DNA of 64,000 nucleotides from Synechococcus sp. (GTDB lineage Bacteria; Cyanobacteriota; Cyanobacteriia; PCC-6307; Cyanobiaceae): NCBI GenBank assembly GCA_047285535.1, contig JBJBDC010000001.1, positions 128,136 to 192,135 of the forward strand, read 5' to 3'. Shown piece by piece: positions 60,751 to 64,000 of this stretch (position 1 is its first letter; each line of letters starts with the position of its first letter). The notes under the pieces were generated by a model. It saw only the letters and a program-made list of their open reading frames with translations, ran no database searches and was not told where the DNA came from. The position numbers and the translations under genes were made by a program.

Positions 60751-61842
60751 ATGCTTAAAGCCGGAATCGTCGGTTTGCCCAACGTAGGCAAATCCACCTT
60801 GTTTAATGCCCTGGTCGCCAATGCACAAGCTCAGGCTGCCAACTTTCCGTTCTGCACGATTGAGCCCAATGTGGGCAGTGTGGCGGTTCCAGATGATCGT
60901 CTCCAGAAGTTATCGGATCTCAGCCAAAGCAAAGAGCAGATCCCTGCTCGGATGGAATTCGTGGACATCGCTGGATTGGTGAAGGGTGCGAGTCAAGGTG
61001 AAGGATTGGGCAATAAGTTTTTGTCGAATATTCGTGAGGTTGATGCCATCGTTCACGTGGTGCGTTGTTTTGAAGACGACGATGTCATTCATGTGTCTGG
61101 ATCTGTCGGACCTGCACGCGATGCCGAGGTGATCAATCTTGAGCTTGGTTTGGCAGATCTTTCTCAAATCGAGAAACGGCGTGAACGTCTCAAAAAGCAA
61201 ATGCGTACCAGCAAAGACGCTCAGGTTGAAGATGAAGTTCTTGAGCGTATTCAACAGTTGCTTGAAGCGGGTGGTGCTGCTCGCAATGTTGAGATGAGCC
61301 AGGAAGAGGCGCTGATGATTAAACCCCTGGGATTGCTTACATCAAAGCCGATCATCTATGCCACCAATGTGAGCGAAGATGATTTGGCTAATGGGAATGG
61401 ATTTTGTCAAGAGGTTGTTGCTCTTGCGGAAAAAGAAGGTGCTGAAACCGTTCGTATCTCTGCGCAGGTAGAAGCCGAGTTGGTTGAGTTGGGTGATCAA
61501 GAATGTGCTGATTACTTGGAAGGACTTGGTGTCAGTGAAGGAGGCTTGCGTAGTCTGATTCGTGCCACTTATCGACTCTTGGGTTTACGCACCTATTTCA
61601 CCACTGGCGAAAAAGAAACACGGGCGTGGACATTTCGTGCGGGGATGACCGCACCGCAAACAGCAGGCGTGATTCACACGGATTTCGAGCGTGGATTCAT
61701 CCGTGCGCAGACCATCGGTTGGGACAAGTTGCTGGCAGCAGGATCTCTGTCGGAGGCTCGAAACAAGGGTTGGTTGCGCAGTGAAGGGAAGGACTATCTA
61801 GTGGCTGAGGGTGATGTGATGGAGTTTTTGTTTAATGTTTGA
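60751..61842 (+). CDS. ychF: Ribosome-binding redox-regulated ATPase YchF
   Basis: GIVGLPNVGKSTLFNAL, NFPFCTIEPN, DIAGLVKGAS, IHTDFERGFIRA. Confidence 0.98.
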   Translation: MLKAGIVGLPNVGKSTLFNALVANAQAQAANFPFCTIEPNVGSVAVPDDRLQKLSDLSQSKEQIPARMEFVDIAGLVKGASQGEGLGNKFLSNIREVDAIVHVVRCFEDDDVIHVSGSVGPARDAEVINLELGLADLSQIEKRRERLKKQMRTSKDAQVEDEVLERIQQLLEAGGAARNVEMSQEEALMIKPLGLLTSKPIIYATNVSEDDLANGNGFCQEVVALAEKEGAETVRISAQVEAELVELGDQECADYLEGLGVSEGGLRSLIRATYRLLGLRTYFTTGEKETRAWTFRAGMTAPQTAGVIHTDFERGFIRAQTIGWDKLLAAGSLSEARNKGWLRSEGKDYLVAEGDVMEFLFNV

Positions 61843-62081
61843 CGTGCAGATTTGCTTTGCAGTCTTTTGATTCATAGGGTAATGGCTTTAATTTGCTTTT
61901 TGATTTGAGGTTGCAGGAATTAAGAATCGCTCAGAGAACTCTTGTTCCAAATGATAGTAATGCTTGAATATGCATTCAAGTTGTTGAAATATTCGGGTTT
62001 TTCTCTGCTGTGCTGTTTAAGTATTGATTCACTGCATTGGATCAATGCTTGTTGGAGGTGAAGTGGACTCGACTTCTTTGT

Positions 62082-62438
62082 TTAAAGAGCGTCAATCGCT
62101 TGCATGGCTGAGTTGAAATATTTACTTGACTGGTCAAAATCGCTGCAGTCTTGATTCATTGCTTGCGAGATCAGGTCAATTGCTTGTTTGGCTTGATTTG
62201 ACTGTATCCAGTCTGCTTCTGCTTCCCAGTTGTTTTTTTTAATGGCAGTGTTAACAATGAGCTCTGCGCGTTGATTGTTGTAGCCAGAATGGCGAACTTT
62301 GCATGCTGCGTAGGCTGCAATCCCCGCTAACCGTTGGCGTACTTCATGGTCTCCATTCTGGGCCTGGGACTCGGAACAGATCAGGGCTGAGCTCAGCAAG
62401 ATGGAAAGAGCCGTGCGCTTTAAAGAAGAGAAAGTCAT
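62082..62438 (-). CDS. Hypothetical secreted protein
   Basis: Signal-like MTFSSLKRTALSILLSSALICSESQA, with two Cys in the mature part. The start is uncertain. Confidence 0.65.
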   Translation of the reverse strand: MTFSSLKRTALSILLSSALICSESQAQNGDHEVRQRLAGIAAYAACKVRHSGYNNQRAELIVNTAIKKNNWEAEADWIQSNQAKQAIDLISQAMNQDCSDFDQSSKYFNSAMQAIDAL

Positions 62439-62502
62439 TGCTCTAACAATCGTCTCAACTTGCAAGGAAGTCATTTTTTGTGATTGTTCACACTCCTCAT
62501 TT

Positions 62503-63861
62503 TCAATGCAATGAAGCTGCTTCTGTTGGCTCAACATTGGAAGAGACTTTAATCAAAGCATCATTCAGGGTGGGTGAGTAGCGGGGTCGTACAGCTTTCA
62601 ACAGAGGGAACGCTGCTAAACAGGTGCTGGCCATCAACAACCACAGAATCAAACCATGGCCTTGCTGATCTAAGAGTGCACCAGAGATCAACGGGGCTGC
62701 AATGGCACTGACCGCAAAGGATTGCGAGAACATGGCCATGGCCAGGCCGCGGTGTTGTATCGGCGTCTCTTCCACCATCGCTTCAGCAGCGGTCGGCAAG
62801 AAAGCTGCCTCGCCGAAGGCAATGGGCATCATCGCAAGTGCGATCAGGCTGCTGCCACCAGACCAAAGCGACGATGCAGCAAGAAGCAGGCCGCCTGTCA
62901 TGAATCCAATCAGTCCCACCCCCAGGCCAAAACGCAGACTTCGTTTTGCGACCCAGTTACCGATTGGCCACTGAAGCAGCATTAGCAGGATTAACTGCAG
63001 TGAAATTAAGCCGCCGCTGGTCGCTTCACTCAGTGGTGCGCGTGCGAGTCCTCCTCGAACCATGTCGAGAGGCAGAGCACTTTGCATTAAAGAAATGATG
63101 CTGGTAGCAATCAAGCTCACAACCAGCACAGGAATAAGTGGCAGAAGCCAGTGCCAATCCATTTTGGACTCTGCTTTTGACACCAATCTGGCTTTGGTTT
63201 CAAGGTTGTTGTTCTCTGCTGTTTTTGCTCGCAAAAGCGCTTTTCGTCCGTCTGGCAGCGGCGTCAGACTCAACACCATCAGCATGCTTAAAACTGCCGC
63301 AGCCTCCACTGCGTAGACCATGCGGATCATCTCCATGGCGGTCAACACAGCGCCGATCAGCGCACCAGCCGCGACCCCTGAGGCGTCAGCACTGCGAGCA
63401 AGAGCAAATCCACGACTGGACTCAAAGTCGCTGCAGCTCAATGGAACTGCTAATTCAATGGCAGGAAAATAGAGGCCTGCTGCGGCACCGATCAGCAACT
63501 GTCCTACGAGATATCCGTTGAAGCCAGTGGCTTGGAATAGCACTACATCAGCCATCAAGCCGAGCAGGGCAGCAGTTCTGACAGGCCATGAGCAGGTGAG
63601 GCCGCGATCGAGCAGAACTCCACTCAACAATCTCGCCACGGTTCCAATTAAGGAGGACGCGGCTAATCCTTGTCCGACCTGGACGGCACTAAAGCTGGCC
63701 TGATGAAAGACGATCGGTGTCAGATAGATCACACCTCCTGCTCCCAATGAGGCCAAGAAGCGAATGAACGCCACTTCTTGCAAAGGTGCGGGAAACTGGT
63801 ACCACCAGTGGACTGGTCTTGGCCTTGCGAAAACGCTCAAGAGGACGGCGAATAACTGCAA
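62503..63861 (-). CDS. MFS transporter
   Basis: About 12 hydrophobic segments, GVLLDRG motif A, AGLYFPAIE, HRGLAMAMFSQ. Confidence 0.9.
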   Translation of the reverse strand: MQLFAVLLSVFARPRPVHWWYQFPAPLQEVAFIRFLASLGAGGVIYLTPIVFHQASFSAVQVGQGLAASSLIGTVARLLSGVLLDRGLTCSWPVRTAALLGLMADVVLFQATGFNGYLVGQLLIGAAAGLYFPAIELAVPLSCSDFESSRGFALARSADASGVAAGALIGAVLTAMEMIRMVYAVEAAAVLSMLMVLSLTPLPDGRKALLRAKTAENNNLETKARLVSKAESKMDWHWLLPLIPVLVVSLIATSIISLMQSALPLDMVRGGLARAPLSEATSGGLISLQLILLMLLQWPIGNWVAKRSLRFGLGVGLIGFMTGGLLLAASSLWSGGSSLIALAMMPIAFGEAAFLPTAAEAMVEETPIQHRGLAMAMFSQSFAVSAIAAPLISGALLDQQGHGLILWLLMASTCLAAFPLLKAVRPRYSPTLNDALIKVSSNVEPTEAASLH

Positions 63862-64000
63862 GTTGTCTGTGCAGTCTGCTGTTTTTATGGGCCTCTCCGC
63901 GTCCGTTGTGGGCTGCTTCGCAGCTGGAGGTGCAGATTGATGGCACTGTTATCCCTTTAGATATAGGGGATCTCACGGAATGGGCGCGGTCCGATGGACA

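Noticed and set aside
63689..64000. 95-aa ORF at the window end
   Set aside because: It overlaps the MFS gene out of frame, has no recognisable motif, and its context is truncated.

Overview
This window looks like the chromosome of a marine picocyanobacterium, probably Synechococcus (inferred from gene content and order). A core backbone runs psbC-psbD-ycf4-cyclophilin-ilvN-...-petM-...-infA-trxB-...-pntA/pntB-...-dxr-...-cysS-polA-RND adaptor-ychF. Two accessory secretion islands interrupt it. Island 1 (about 1-24300) encodes a 6252-aa adhesin-like protein. It has about 30 tandem DUF5801/T1SS-type repeat domains: 2 unique, 22 apparently identical 525-bp copies and 6 near-identical 519-bp copies. 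These are followed by a vWA/MIDAS domain and an acidic tail without RTX nonapeptides. The gene is transcribed divergently from a type I secretion operon with two ABC transporters and a HlyD protein, and both ATPase domains lack the canonical catalytic residues. Island 2 (about 48100-56390, AT-rich, between cysS and polA) is an NHLM/NHLP-bacteriocin-type exporter: TolC family, HlyD and two ABC transporters. Its C39 peptidase has Cys->Ser and His->Tyr substitutions, no precursor or maturase lies next to it, and it is flanked by two opposite-strand fragments of what looks like one broken MFS gene. No rRNA, tRNA, CRISPR array or transposase was recognised.
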